Positions 21,679-33,910 of a DNA stretch of 56,394 bases are shown in pieces. The DNA lies in IMG/VR virus record IMGVR_UViG_3300031587_000158, one strand, 5' to 3'. Position 1 is the stretch's first letter; each line of letters opens with the position of its first letter. Source of the stretch: an uncultured virus (IMG/VR IMGVR_UViG_3300031587_000158). Its lineage: Duplodnaviria; Heunggongvirae; Uroviricota; Caudoviricetes. A program made the position numbers and the translations under genes. The notes beneath the pieces are model-generated. The model saw only the letters and a list, made by a program, of their open reading frames with translations, was not told where the DNA came from and did not search any database.

Positions 21679-22854
21679 ATGCACGAAGAATTACCTCCTA
21701 ATGTGGAAGAGGGCGAGATACTTCCCCCTATTGTGAGAATAGGTGACGCTTTTGATCTCATAGATAATCTGAGGGATAACTCAATACAAGCTGTTATTAC
21801 CTCACCACCCTACTGGAAACTTCGCTCCTACTTGCCAAAAGAGCACCCGGATAAACATAAGGAAATAGGGAATGAGGCAACACCTGAGGAATATGTCTCT
21901 AAAGTAGCTGACCTATTTGACTTAATTTGGCCAAAGTTAAAGGATAACGGCACTGCTCATATAGTCATTGGTGATTCTTACATAGGCTCTGATACGGCTG
22001 AGCGAGGGACATGGCGAAAGCCTAAACAAAAGGCTCTGATACCATACAGATTAGCAATAGAACTCCAAAATCGTGGATGGTGGGTATTTAACGATGTTAC
22101 ATGGGCAAAACCAAATCCTCTGTGCGAGAATGTGCGTCATAGATATGCTCGAGCAACAGAGCCGATTTTATATATTAGTAAAAGCGCAGACCCGTACTTT
22201 GATATAGAAGCAATAAAGGAACCCGTTACTGAATCAACTCTAAGACGCTTTATATTCGCAATGCGAAAAGAGGGTGGATACTTGCATAATATACCCGATC
22301 TGAGTAAGGATACAAAGACACTTAGAGGGCTACGGGATCCTGATCGTATTCTAGGGTATCCCTATAAAGTGTCAAGTGCATTCAGGGATTACTGGGAGAG
22401 TTTTGTAGCAATACAAAGAACAAAGCAAGTGACTTTGACAGGCGACCTTGTGGAAGAAAAGGAGTTTAAAGATAAGGATGAAATTGATAAATATGGTCTG
22501 TTAAAGGATGTAACAGATGGAAAAATTAAACATGGTTGGTACTCGAGAGGATATAAAGGAATAGAGCAAAAATCTATAATGAGAAATCCGCGAGATATTT
22601 TTATTGTTGCTCCAAAGAGTTATCATGGGGAGCATTATGCGGTCTATCCACCTGAGCTGATTATTAAACCTATATTAGCATCATCCCGACCAGGCGATTG
22701 GATACTTGATCCTCTGGCTGGTACGGGCACAACGGGAGAAGTTGTCCAAGAATTGGGACGAAATGGCATATTATTCGACTTGAATCCAGGTTTCAAAAGA
22801 CTAATAGTGGAAAGATGTCTACTGGATATGAAGCGAATACGGGATTTTCTATGA
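21679..22854 (+). CDS. Site-specific DNA methyltransferase, beta class (probably N4-cytosine)
   Basis: TSPPY catalytic motif precedes HYAVYP and LDPLAGTGTT SAM motif. Confidence 0.9.
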   Translation: MHEELPPNVEEGEILPPIVRIGDAFDLIDNLRDNSIQAVITSPPYWKLRSYLPKEHPDKHKEIGNEATPEEYVSKVADLFDLIWPKLKDNGTAHIVIGDSYIGSDTAERGTWRKPKQKALIPYRLAIELQNRGWWVFNDVTWAKPNPLCENVRHRYARATEPILYISKSADPYFDIEAIKEPVTESTLRRFIFAMRKEGGYLHNIPDLSKDTKTLRGLRDPDRILGYPYKVSSAFRDYWESFVAIQRTKQVTLTGDLVEEKEFKDKDEIDKYGLLKDVTDGKIKHGWYSRGYKGIEQKSIMRNPRDIFIVAPKSYHGEHYAVYPPELIIKPILASSRPGDWILDPLAGTGTTGEVVQELGRNGILFDLNPGFKRLIVERCLLDMKRIRDFL

Positions 22855-22863
22855 GGTGCCAAG

Positions 22864-23157
22864 ATGCTTGGAAAAGAAAAGACGATGGAAGCTTATGTGC
22901 TTCTCCATCCGACACGGTTCAAGATAGTGGAGCTGCTTGCTGAGAAGCCCATGTACATAGCTGAAATAGCCAAAACGCTAAGAGCTGACAGTCAATTCGT
23001 CATTTCATACCATCTGCGTATTCTAGAAGAGTATGGTTTTCTAAGTGGTAGGTATGAGATCTCAAAGCAGCCGAAGTCAAGGGGAAAAGCAGTTAAGATA
23101 TTTTCGGTTACTGGTAAAGTCGAACAAGTGAAGAGGGTGATGAAGGAGAAATTGTAG
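22864..23157 (+). CDS. ArsR-like winged HTH regulator, paralog of 7978-8277
   Basis: LHPTRFKIVELLAEKPMYIAEIAKTL...YHLRILEEYGF...YEISKQPKSRGKA. Confidence 0.85.
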   Translation: MLGKEKTMEAYVLLHPTRFKIVELLAEKPMYIAEIAKTLRADSQFVISYHLRILEEYGFLSGRYEISKQPKSRGKAVKIFSVTGKVEQVKRVMKEKL

Positions 23158-23180
23158 AGAGATTACTACGGTAACTTAGC

Positions 23181-23405
23181 ATGAAAAAAGAAGAGTTTAT
23201 ACACCTCCATATGTTATTATTACAAGTCAAGAAATTTTTGGAGGTGAGTACCTCTGACTGTGATTTCAGCAAATATAACGATTTAGACATTTCTCCCTTT
23301 CAGATACACCGAAGCAAGGAGGAACATAAGCAGGCTATTTTTATTCTTGCACAGGAGTTTGCATCAATGGTAGAGAGAAAAAAGAGGTCGAAAAATGGTA
23401 GCTGA
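23181..23405 (+). CDS. UPF0058 family protein
   Basis: MKKEEFIHLHMLL...Y..LDISPFQIHRSKEEHKQAIFIL signature typical of euryarchaeal UPF0058. Confidence 0.8.
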   Translation: MKKEEFIHLHMLLLQVKKFLEVSTSDCDFSKYNDLDISPFQIHRSKEEHKQAIFILAQEFASMVERKKRSKNGS

Positions 23406-23791
23406 TATTAGTGTGCGGAGAAATATAAATAATGGCTCGGAGATTACGAGCTTGAGAAAAGAAATTTTAGAAGCTTTAAATCGAGCTGAAGATGCAATTG
23501 GCAATGGTTTTCTTCTGCAGGTGAATCTTACCATAAAGGTCTTTTCAAATACCTGTCATGATTGCAGCAAAAAACTAACGGCTAATGAGTGTCATGACTA
23601 TTGCGGATTGACTCTGTGTGGCTCGTGTAAAAGTTCGGAGGAGGAAGTTGATGAAGAATGCCGATAGGGCTGAAATAAACTTTACGGAAGAAGGAAAATG
23701 TCACAAATAGAGATAGCTATGCACATGATGGGGTGGTCTTTGGTGTTTATCTTAATATTAATCTTCCTCTTTTAAAACGGCGAGGATTGAA

Positions 23792-24568
23792 ATGACAGAA
23801 AATAAAGGCTTGATGTTTGGTTTTGTAGGTCCTCGATTCAATTTAGTTACCGGATGCCTACACGAGTGCTATGTATCGAGCAGCAACCCCTATGGCTGCT
23901 GGGCACGAAAACTCGCCTTAACCAAATTAAAACATCAGGGTCGTTATCAAGAGGGTTTTATTCCACATTTTAACCCAAGCGAAGTGAAAAGGTTAGAGAA
24001 ACAACTAAAGCGACTACAAAAACTGATACTGGCAGGTAAAACAGTGAAAAGGTTCGTATTCGTTACCAGTATGGGTGACATTTTCTCTACGGGTGTCTTA
24101 GATGATTGGGTGAATTCAGTATTCTGGCATATAAGGAACTATCAAAGGGATTATCCAGACATAAAATTCCTCATATTGACTAAAAATCCGACAAGGTACT
24201 GGGAGTTCATAGAGGATATACCCGATAACTGCGTACTTGCTGCAACTGTGGAAACGAATAGACCTTATAGTGGTAATTTCATATCAAAAGCTCCCGAGCC
24301 ATCACATCGATTACTAGTGATGACCATGCTTAATGAGATATGGGATGGAGAGAAGGCAATTATAATCGAACCAATTGTTAAGTTCGACCTCAAGCAATTT
24401 TCTGAGCTGCTGTATGATATATCGCCTAACTTCGTGGTGATCGGTAAGGATAATCACCACTGCTCATTACCAGAACCATCATTTGATGAGATACAGCAAC
24501 TTAAAGATAGGCTTGATAATTTCACAAATGTGATACTAAAAGGGGAATTGGTAGAGATTCTTAAATAA
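23792..24568 (+). CDS. DUF5131 / phage Gp37-Gp68-like (radical SAM-like) protein
   Basis: NLVTGCLHECY...CWA, VFVTSMGDIF, ILTKNP, ATVETN, IEPI. Confidence 0.75.
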   Translation: MTENKGLMFGFVGPRFNLVTGCLHECYVSSSNPYGCWARKLALTKLKHQGRYQEGFIPHFNPSEVKRLEKQLKRLQKLILAGKTVKRFVFVTSMGDIFSTGVLDDWVNSVFWHIRNYQRDYPDIKFLILTKNPTRYWEFIEDIPDNCVLAATVETNRPYSGNFISKAPEPSHRLLVMTMLNEIWDGEKAIIIEPIVKFDLKQFSELLYDISPNFVVIGKDNHHCSLPEPSFDEIQQLKDRLDNFTNVILKGELVEILK

Positions 24569-26524
24569 TAGAGGAGGTGATTGAGATGGAAGAAGAAATA
24601 AAAAAGGAAATTTATGAAAAGATTGATGAGATAGGTATTTTATGTGAGGAGCTTTTTTACCTTATCCCAGTTGATGAAGAGGGAGGGAAGGAAGTTCGTA
24701 AGTACGTCGATACGATAGCAGACAATATAAGAGATACAATCTATCAAAAGATGGGGGTTAATGTCAGGGATGAATGAAACAGTCGATAATACCGTGGTTG
24801 GAATATTAACTCAAATTCATCATTTAAACGATGAATTGTTCGAAGCAATACGTAGAGAATATCCCATTGGCTCCTTGGTGAGCTATAAGCACGGGAAATA
24901 TGAACGGAATGTAGAAGTTGTCGGATATTCATATCCCAGACAACTCTGGGTAAAAGGAAAAAGCAAAGAACGATATAAGATTGATATTTATCGCTGCTTA
25001 TCTGAGGATGACCAAGACAGGGTAATAGGGGTTAAGAAGCAGAAAAGTGGGTGATACTCGCAACAATAATAAAGGATACTAGATTTAAAATGCAAGAAAT
25101 AACGGATAAACCAATAGGATTTAGAGAAAACGGAACATTAATTATTTATGAGAGCACTGAGGAGGTAAGGCGAGATACTGGTGGTGTAATGTTTTGGTGT
25201 AAGCCATCTGTGCTTTTTAAGGAAATACGGGCGATGGAGAAAGCATTAGCCGAATGTGAAGATGCGATAAGATATGACCCCGAGCATTAATTTTTGGTAG
25301 GTGATTGAGATGCAACCTTATAAAGTACTGGAAGAGGGAATACCAAGAATCTTAGAGACAATAAGAGATGTAGAGAAAAAACTCGATACGTGCGGAGAGA
25401 TTTCAGATTGGGGATATTTACTTAATGGAGTTATGAGAGACTTAAATCTCTCACAACGAGAGCGTGAAATTATCGCCAAAATTTTCTGGGTAGTAGCGAA
25501 GGAATAAAGAAAGTGTTGAGTGTGAAGATAAGGAGGTGAGAAAAGATAAAATGAGAAGATTGTGGTATCTAATAGTAACTGCCGTGATTTTGATAAGTGC
25601 GAGTTCTTTTGGTTGTATCGAGGAGCAAGAGGAAAGTCAAACCGTTACCATACCCACTAACAATACCATTACTATGCCTTCTAATAACCAATGTATCAAA
25701 AGCGATCAAGTGCAGACCGAAATTGCACTATTATACGATATCAGCGGTACACGTGCTAAGACAATAACAGGAAGAGTGATAGAAATCAGAATTCAACAGA
25801 GATCGCCCGATGTAATCGTTTTTCAAGATGGCTATGTCTTCGCTATTCATGATGCTGAATACTACATATGGAAGTTAGGGGAAGTTCATAGAATAACTTG
25901 GGTGGAAGACAATTTCTTGGGTCGTAGACTAAGAAATGTGGAGATTCTCAATTGAAGAAGAGCGATGAAATGACAAGTGAATTTGATACGTTGTCTGGAA
26001 TAGGTCAACTTGCAGAGAAGAATGCGAAATATAAACCTCTAGCACTATCTGTTGCGAACCTTGCTCGTGCGGAAATTGAGGCACTTTTGAAGATCTCGTA
26101 TAATGATTGGGATTTAAAGTGGTTGTATGAGAAAGACGAGAGTGAATTTGCGATCTTTTCATGGCTTGGATATATTCACAGTCAATATGATCACAGTGAA
26201 AAATGGCATGGTAGACTTATATCATGGGATTTACAAAGATTAAACGATGCTGTCTGTTCGATTGAACAAGGCCACAAACCATACGGACTTGAAGAAGTTT
26301 TATCAAAATATCCCGAAATTTTAAATCTATTAGTAGAACTCGGTTCTATTAAGGTTGGTTGGGCAAAATCACGACATTCAAGGAAGATACATTACTGTAT
26401 TGATGACGTATCTGTATGCCGATATCATCGTTATTGTGCTGAAAAAGTACCATCCCCAAGTAATAAGGATCAATGTCGGCTCTGTCAAAAAGAAGTATTA
26501 AGGAGTAGAGGTGAAAAGGAGTAA

Positions 26525-26845
26525 ATGGAGGAGGAATTCGACGAGGTACGAATGGCAGAAAGTCGCAAATTGATTGAGCAGTGTATGCATGAAGCATTGG
26601 GACTATATATCGCTAAAGAACCAAAGCATGGAGATGAATGGCGCGATAAAGATATTTGGAAGAATTTGGAACACCTTGCTCACGAAGTGGAGGAAATACG
26701 AAGAAGCAAAAATCTTGGACGAAAATATCATAATGCCCTCGATTGCTGTAGTCAGGCAGCAATATTGGCAGTACAAATCAAAATGACTCTACAGGAGAAT
26801 GGAGAATGGTCGGAGACACACAAGATGCATTCGAAGGCAGATTAA
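26525..26845 (+). CDS. MazG-like all-alpha nucleotide pyrophosphohydrolase candidate
   Basis: KHGDEW...LEHLAHEVEEI...ALDC spacing resembles the ExxE...D motif. Confidence 0.4.
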   Translation: MEEEFDEVRMAESRKLIEQCMHEALGLYIAKEPKHGDEWRDKDIWKNLEHLAHEVEEIRRSKNLGRKYHNALDCCSQAAILAVQIKMTLQENGEWSETHKMHSKAD

Positions 26846-29251
26846 AAAAACTGTGGAGAATGATAAGATGAAAGTGATTAAATTCCAACTGAGGAATGGG
26901 CAGAAAATACGATTTAATGAATTAACTGGACTTCCAAATCCCGATACGGATGATGAGACACTAAAGTTAGTAGCAGAAGCAGCAATGAGCACAGATGAAC
27001 AAATACTCAGCTATGAAATTATCGATGAGGGCTAATTGGAGGGACAAGAATGACTAAAGAGATAAAGCCAGGGATGCGGGATAAGATGGTATATCATACA
27101 TGGCAAGAGGTTATGAGATACTTACTTAACAGAGGGCAAATAGAGAAAGCATATACTTTCGCATGTGCGATACGAGGTCCTGATGTTTGTCCGAAATTAA
27201 TAACATCTCAATTATTGCTAGAGCGTAGATCTATTGTTAAAAGTATGCTAACGGGTCTTATAAGAGGTGGTGATAGCTATAGTACCGACTATTTGTACAA
27301 ACCTAATGCAGAATTGAGAGAAGCGTTGGAAGGTATGGACCCCCATTTCCTATATCATATAAGTGGGGGATTCGTGAGTTTATCCTTCTATTATCGTGAA
27401 GCTCGAGGCAATGAAGTTATTTCATCCATACTTTACTATCTTGCTGAAGCATTGAGTGAGAAAAAATTCTACAACGCTGTGTACTACTGCCGAAAGCTTA
27501 ATGCAAGAGTAGGCATACTGGGATCCGATAATTCGGGTGGTTTTAATGAGTAGCATAGTGCAGAAGATACTAAGTTATGCAGTAAGTAGAGAAGAGCGGC
27601 TATTGAAACGCCATATAAGAGGTGAAATATCAAATTTTGGAATGGAGATTTACGCTTATTCCCCTTCGGCGATATTTCTTGAGTTCTATTACTCTTATCT
27701 GTATGGACTCGGTATCCATCCAAAGGATTTTCCGCACCGGGAAAGAATGCTACCGTTAGAGAAGCGTTCATGGCAGAGATATTGGCATAATAAAGGGGAA
27801 TGTGGGGGAGATAAACGCTGTGAGTTTTGTAAGAAAACACTATTGAGTAGAGAAGTAAAATGGACAAAATAGAAGAGGCTGAGGAAACTTATCCTTTTGG
27901 ACCTTTTTTCGGATTCTTTATGCTAGGACTACACTTAGGCGAGGCAATTGATACTTTTAAAGAATGGATAAGGAAGAAGCGTTAATGACCGAAGTAACCG
28001 ATGAGTGGATTATTGACGAGATTATATGGGAATTGGAGGAGGCCAAGCTGATGAAGAGAAAACCGATGTTCTTTGTAGGTAATGATGAGCAGAAAGAACG
28101 GCTAAAACGATTATTTCCAATAGCGGTCGAGAGGCTAAAAGAAGAATCATCCATTCATTTTCTCCTCAACCTAGGACAGTATATTTAAATACAGAAAAAT
28201 GACTGAAGAATTTTGGAGTGATGAAGAGAAACGAGAAATAGCTTGTTATGAACATGACCTAAAAGTAAGAAAGAGTGTTGAGGAGATGCGAATAGTTCTT
28301 GAACGTAATGATTTCAGCACAGTACTTCAAAAGAAACTGGGTAGGGAGCCCACTGAAGATGAGATCCGATTATTTGTTCATTATTTGAATTTTTCTTTAT
28401 ATCCACCCTTTGTCTTAACAGAGGAAGCCGATGCATTTGTTGAGAGGATACTAAATAATAAAAAAATACACGGATGCAGGTGATGATGGTAAATGAGTAC
28501 ATATTGTATAGAAACGAAAGGTGGTCCTTATTGCTTCGATGCTGATAATCGCTTTGAAGCATTGCGGAAATTCTTTTTAGGGATAAAAGAAGGATCGGTT
28601 CAATTAAGTGATGTTGGTCTTGTCGTGACAATCACCGAACAGGGTGAGGAATATCCTTTCAGAACCCTTCCAGTACTCTATTTCATGGGTATCTTTGATA
28701 AGGAGAAGGCAATGAAATTGGCTAAGAAGGTGAGCAGGAAAATCAAAGAAGCAGATTTAGAAAAATTGGCGATGAGTGATGCGAAGACGTTGGGATTGAT
28801 AAAGGATAACTCCTCCATCTGAATTAAAGAAGAGTATCACTCACAAGATATGAAACCGTTTTTAGATCCAATAGATACCTGGAAAGAGAAATATGAGAAA
28901 TGGTGGCTTTATAAATATTGCAGAGCAGCAGGCTCAACTGGTGAATTTAAAAGGGTAATAAAAATTGAAGTTTTCGGCCCACCATCTTTTGTTTATGGAA
29001 CAGCCGAACTCACATTTGAGGATGGCACTACAATGCATCCTGGGACACCTTATACTTTCAAACCGAGAAAGATGGATGTTGAAGTCAGAGAGTGATTGAA
29101 AGGGGATTAGTTTTAAAATTGACAACGTTCATTTGTAGGCGATGCGGGCTAACATGGGTCGAAGGCAAGGGATCTCTTGAATGCTGGACTCTCTGCCCTC
29201 GCTGTAGCCGAGAAGTCGTTCAGGAAGAGGAGGATAAGAAACAAAAGTTAG

Positions 29252-29325
29252 GGGATAGTAGCCAAGCGGACTAAGGCGGAGGTCTCCAGAGCCTCATATC
29301 GTGGGTTCGAATCCTACCTATCCCA
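29252..29325 (+). tRNA. tRNA-Trp (CCA), intronless
   Basis: GGGATAG/CTATCCC acceptor, GCC/GGC D-stem, GAGGT-CTCCAGA-GCCTC anticodon arm, GTGGG-TTCGAAT-CCTAC T-arm, discriminator A. Confidence 0.92.
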
Positions 29326-30134
29326 TGATAAAGAAACATGAACAACATGAATAAAAAAAGATTTGAACCTCCTAGATCTTTGAAAGGTAGCGATTTACCC
29401 GATGTATTAGTAGGGGAGGGGGAGCATCCTATATCTTTAGACATCACTGCGGTTAAAGAGGACTTCGCGTGGTTCTTAGACATGGCTGATTTTCTACGAA
29501 CCACCAATTTAAAGTGTCGTGATTGTGCTGATTTTCCATGCCATAGATTTCCCGAGCCTGACCAGAAAATAGGTTTTTGCTTCATTAGTAAGTCTCGGGT
29601 AGATTAAGATGATAGAACCAACGGGATCTGATGAAGTATATTGGAACTCAACCGATTATAAACCCTATTTGTATCGAGGTTCTATAATCTGGATACATGA
29701 TAACTACTTTAATCAGACAGGTATTCATCAATTACCTCAAATACTTAAAATAGTGGATGGAATATTTGTATGGCTCAAATTTTAAAAAGTACGGATCTTT
29801 GGGCTTGTCCTAAATGTTTCGGCACGATTACAGAGGACGAATATTGTACACTCCCGAGAAAGTTTGAAACTATTCGAGGTGAAAGCTTTACGACTGTTAT
29901 ATGTCCAATATGCAAAAGAAAAACTATCGGTATAAAATGGAAAAGAGCTATCGTGAGAGATCTCTCTCAACAAAAGCTACCAATCACGTTTTAGGTACGG
30001 AGGGCATTAAATAGTCCTTAAGAGCTAAATGAATATTCGGAAATCAATCCGAGGGAGACTAAAAGAGTTTTTATTCTACCTGCTTTTTAGGAAAACACTC
30101 TTAGGCATACTTAGAATAGAAGGGGGAAAAAGGG

Positions 30135-31145
30135 ATGAATCAAAAACAATTACCCGAAAAACCTGAAGAGATAGAAAAAAAGATTATAGAGAATTATTTC
30201 AAGGATAAAAAAGCAATTAAGATAGAATACGAAGATAATCAGTATTTAATTGGCAGACCTAAAAACTGTGAGTTTAAAATAGGTAAACGAGTTGCAGAAG
30301 ATCTAACCGATTTGGTCATATATCATGTTGACTTCAAAAGTTTTTCATGTGATTGTAAGGGCTTTGACATTGTAAGATCTCAGCAAGGTGAACCGTGCCG
30401 GCATCAAGATATGATACTCAAAACTATCCCAGAGTCAAAATACCTTATTTCCGATGATGTAAAGAAGACGTTATCAGATGAATTTCTCGTAGAATTGTTC
30501 CCTGAGATGAAGGAACAGATAATGAGTAAGATAAAGAGATATGCAGCTACTAAAGAAAAGGAGGCAATAGCATTACGAGATGTATTTGTAGATCGTTGGG
30601 ATGAGGCGAGAATTATTGGTAACTTGACGAAGGATGTAATAGAACGTACACTTGAGAAGTATATTTACAAATATCCCATGAAGACTAAGAAGGGAGAGAA
30701 GATAATACGAGGGTTAAGTGTACATGCTGTTCAGGACATAACACACTGGATGTCTGGTATAGCGTTAGAGGATGTAGTATTGATAGAAGATGATAAGTAT
30801 TTCACTGCGAGGGTAAAAGTTCGTGATACAGTGCGAGACTTTCCGGGTTTTGGGTTTTTCAGAGAACCAAAATATTATGAAGATGGTCGAGAGAAGAAAC
30901 ATGCAGATTATATAGCTTTCCGTAAGGGTCTTAGACGTGCACTCGATCAGATGATTCCTGTACCGATAAAAGAGAAGATATTTCAAATGTACGAACAAGC
31001 TAGGTTAGAGAAGTTAGAGAAGAAAGGCATAGAGGAAAAGGAAGGGGAGGAAATTAAAAAAGAGGGGGAGGGAAAAGGAGGAGGAGAAGAGGCAGAGAAA
31101 GGAACGAAGGAAGAGAAGAAGATTAGTATAAAGGATTTTATATGA
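30135..31145 (+). CDS. SWIM zinc-finger protein with a possible single-strand annealing (Rad52/Sak-like) domain
   Basis: CDCKGF...PCRHQ SWIM motif; FTARVKVRD...AFRKGLRRAL segment; charged tail. Confidence 0.5.
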   Translation: MNQKQLPEKPEEIEKKIIENYFKDKKAIKIEYEDNQYLIGRPKNCEFKIGKRVAEDLTDLVIYHVDFKSFSCDCKGFDIVRSQQGEPCRHQDMILKTIPESKYLISDDVKKTLSDEFLVELFPEMKEQIMSKIKRYAATKEKEAIALRDVFVDRWDEARIIGNLTKDVIERTLEKYIYKYPMKTKKGEKIIRGLSVHAVQDITHWMSGIALEDVVLIEDDKYFTARVKVRDTVRDFPGFGFFREPKYYEDGREKKHADYIAFRKGLRRALDQMIPVPIKEKIFQMYEQARLEKLEKKGIEEKEGEEIKKEGEGKGGGEEAEKGTKEEKKISIKDFI

Positions 31146-31523
31146 GAGGTAAAAGAAATGACACTAAGGTTTAAATTGTTGAGGTTGCCTGGAAATATCG
31201 AAGAGTTCCTTAAAGCTGAAAAAAAGAAAGGGACGAAAGAAATAGAAATGGGTGCTGCTTTTGAGTATGATTTTAGCGCTCCAACCGGTACTACTAACTT
31301 ATATGCCTACGCTGAAGGAGCTAAATTTTTTATAGAACTGACAACCTTTACCAATATTTTAATGGGAAAAGAGGAGGTGAAAAGAGCCGCTTCCGAAGTG
31401 CTAAAAAAGGTTAAAAAATGGTCAGAGAAAGCAAGAGAGCGTGGATTTACCGTTAAATATTCATGGAGTGAAGAGGTGCTTATAGAATTGGAGAAGTACC
31501 TTTGATACAGGAAATAAACATAA

Positions 31524-32411
31524 ATGGACGAAATACTGAGCTTAGTTGGTAGAGCTAAAGAACTATTTGGTAATACTCTGCGAGTTGGTGATTTACTTCC
31601 GCATGTTCGTACTCGAAAGAGGGGGGTATATTTATGTCCTCCCCGTGTGAACAAATGGAGAAAACCGCTTAAATTTACCTGGTACTTTCCTAATGATTGG
31701 CTGGTAGGATGTCCTGTTTGTAAAACAGCGCAATGGCGATTTGCTAAATACCGAGGAGGATGGACGTTACGTGCTAGTGGATTAGCATCACATTTAGTGC
31801 CTTTATGTCCAGTTGATATACGTGAAGATTTGTTGATGCTTACTGATTCACGTTTTCCTGAGCAGCTATGCCCCTGGACAATCGATGAGGAAGATGGCAC
31901 TTTTGTAGCCAAAAATGGTAAAGCGAAGCTCATTCTTACCTGCGATTTCTTTAATGCTGGTGACGGCTATCGAATCGTTTTAAGGGAAGGAAATAAGTAT
32001 TGGATGTGTTCAGGAAAAAAAGAAAGAGAGATTATGAGACTAGTAGCTGAACAATGTCCCTCTGATACTAACGTCCTTGTCGGTGGACTTGGATTGGGAA
32101 TAATCGTACTTGAGCTTTGTAAGCAAAGAGTGAAAAACATCCAGATCTGGGAAATCAGCAGGGATATAATCTTATTAGTCTATCCAAGATTATATCGTTG
32201 GTGCAGTAAATACTATCCTGATACCCGATTAGATGTAGTATTAGGTGATGTAAGAGCTGCTACGGGGCATTTTGATTTTGTTTTCTATGACCTCTGGGAT
32301 AGTAACTCATCAAAGCATCAGCCATTGGTCCAGGAGGTTAGAAGCCTAGGTGAGAAGCTCAGCGATAAGGTAATTTGCTGGCAGGAAGATAGTATTATGG
32401 GGAAGGTGTGA
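31524..32411 (+). CDS. Class I SAM-dependent (spermidine-synthase-like) methyltransferase domain protein
   Basis: NVLVGGLGLG, IWEIS, GDV and FDFVFYDLW in the C-terminal half. Confidence 0.65.
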   Translation: MDEILSLVGRAKELFGNTLRVGDLLPHVRTRKRGVYLCPPRVNKWRKPLKFTWYFPNDWLVGCPVCKTAQWRFAKYRGGWTLRASGLASHLVPLCPVDIREDLLMLTDSRFPEQLCPWTIDEEDGTFVAKNGKAKLILTCDFFNAGDGYRIVLREGNKYWMCSGKKEREIMRLVAEQCPSDTNVLVGGLGLGIIVLELCKQRVKNIQIWEISRDIILLVYPRLYRWCSKYYPDTRLDVVLGDVRAATGHFDFVFYDLWDSNSSKHQPLVQEVRSLGEKLSDKVICWQEDSIMGKV

Positions 32412-32418
32412 AAAGAAA

Positions 32419-33045
32419 GTGAAACTAGCAGAGCTTTTAGCTTCAGCGGATGATATGCTACTGAACGCACAACTGATAGCGAAGGAGCAGCAAAAGGTTG
32501 TACCTCTGGCTTTAGAGATTTTAGAATACTTCAAATGTGAAGGATGTGCGAGTTGCTGTAAGATACCCGTCGGATTAACTAATAGCGACATCACGAGGCT
32601 ATACAAACTCGAGGGGGATACATTTTTTGATAAATTGGAAGACCGTGTTGTACCAAACTACTTAAAAAGCCCCTGCCCGTACTTAGAGGATAATAACTGC
32701 AAGGTTTACAATGATAGACCCCTTCTCTGCCGGTTATACCCATTTTCCATGGCATACGTCTTCCCGTCAATACGATTATGTCCCCTTGGAATGAAAATTC
32801 TTGAAGAGTATAAGAAAATAGTTCCTGTTCACGCTACAAGGAAAAAGAAGATAGATAAAGCTAAAGGAAGGCGGAGCGAAGAGAAGTCCTTAGCTCTTCT
32901 TCAAGATATTACAGACACCTCTGAGGAGATATTAGATACCATCTTTCTCGAAAGAGATAAAATAAGGGTTCCAGTTGCAGCTCTCTCGATAGAAAAAATG
33001 GAAAGACTTTTACGATATTTAAGGCATAACACAAAAAAAGTTTAA
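32419..33045 (+). CDS. YkgJ family Cys-cluster (CxxCxxCC) protein
   Basis: FKCEGCASCC, PCPYL..NNCKVYNDRPLLCRLYPF. Confidence 0.85.
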   Translation: MKLAELLASADDMLLNAQLIAKEQQKVVPLALEILEYFKCEGCASCCKIPVGLTNSDITRLYKLEGDTFFDKLEDRVVPNYLKSPCPYLEDNNCKVYNDRPLLCRLYPFSMAYVFPSIRLCPLGMKILEEYKKIVPVHATRKKKIDKAKGRRSEEKSLALLQDITDTSEEILDTIFLERDKIRVPVAALSIEKMERLLRYLRHNTKKV

Positions 33046-33084
33046 TTGAAGTAAAATAATTGAAAGAATACGGAGGAGTATTGG

Positions 33085-33900
33085 ATGGAGACGGTGCAAG
33101 ACAGGGGAAGGCTGGCACTTCACCCCAACATAGTGGCGGTTCAAAATAACTTTTTAGGTCGGCTTTATTCAACTGACATCTTCTTAATTTATCGGGCTAT
33201 ATCAGGGACATACGCGACCTATCCCTCATTGCCCGCAGCGTTGGGGATGCTCTCCGTACATAGTGACATCTCACAGTGGCTTGGTCTTCTTCTCCCCACA
33301 ACAAAAAGGATACAGTATGTAGGTGATCTCGCCGAGATATATTATAATAAACATGTGAAAGCAGACCTATCAACCATTCCAGAATTTAGGATAACTAGTC
33401 TTTGGGATGGGATGGACCGTTTCACTGAGCTTCTACGTGAAGATGCAGAAGCCATAGGTGAGCCTTTCCCGAAGTGTCCAGCAATCAGACTGCCCTTCAA
33501 TAAGCTTGAACTTAAGCCTGAAGAGACCCCTGCAGATGCACGTTTTATCTACTCCATCTACCGAGGCGATGTGGACTGGGCTGAGGAGGTACTGTACCTT
33601 ACATCTACCTATGCACCCGAGGCTAACCTGATGATGGGGACCATAAGGGCTGACCAGGAGAGGATATTTGACCTCTACACGGATTGGATTAAAGGTAGAG
33701 TTTTCGGTTTTGGAAAGGAGACAACTAGAAATGCCAAAATTATGAGTAAGGTAATTTTATTGTCAAATTACAGGTGGTGGCTCTTAACCAGTGATCTCCT
33801 GTATGGTGTGGACCCTAAGTTTTCAGCAGGAGACTTCACAAGGGGTATATTAAGCATCGGAAGAAAACTCAGGGAGGAAGCTGAGAGAATTAGAATTTAA
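33085..33900 (+). CDS. Hypothetical protein (271 aa)
   Basis: Long ORF with SD GGAGGAG; no motif recognised. Confidence 0.7.
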   Translation: METVQDRGRLALHPNIVAVQNNFLGRLYSTDIFLIYRAISGTYATYPSLPAALGMLSVHSDISQWLGLLLPTTKRIQYVGDLAEIYYNKHVKADLSTIPEFRITSLWDGMDRFTELLREDAEAIGEPFPKCPAIRLPFNKLELKPEETPADARFIYSIYRGDVDWAEEVLYLTSTYAPEANLMMGTIRADQERIFDLYTDWIKGRVFGFGKETTRNAKIMSKVILLSNYRWWLLTSDLLYGVDPKFSAGDFTRGILSIGRKLREEAERIRI

Positions 33901-33910
33901 GCGGAGGTTT

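Larger units (their letters stand above)
24577..29994 (+). other. Second cluster of short hypothetical + strand ORFs, including a putative lipoprotein (25536-25955)
   Basis: About 17 co-oriented ORFs; 25536-25955 has a basic/hydrophobic signal peptide ending in FGC (lipobox-like). Confidence 0.7.

Noticed and set aside
29995..30134. Intergenic stems (AAGAGTTTT/AAAACACTCTT, TCGGA/TCCGA)
   Set aside because: Short AT-rich pairings are not distinguishable from chance without homologs
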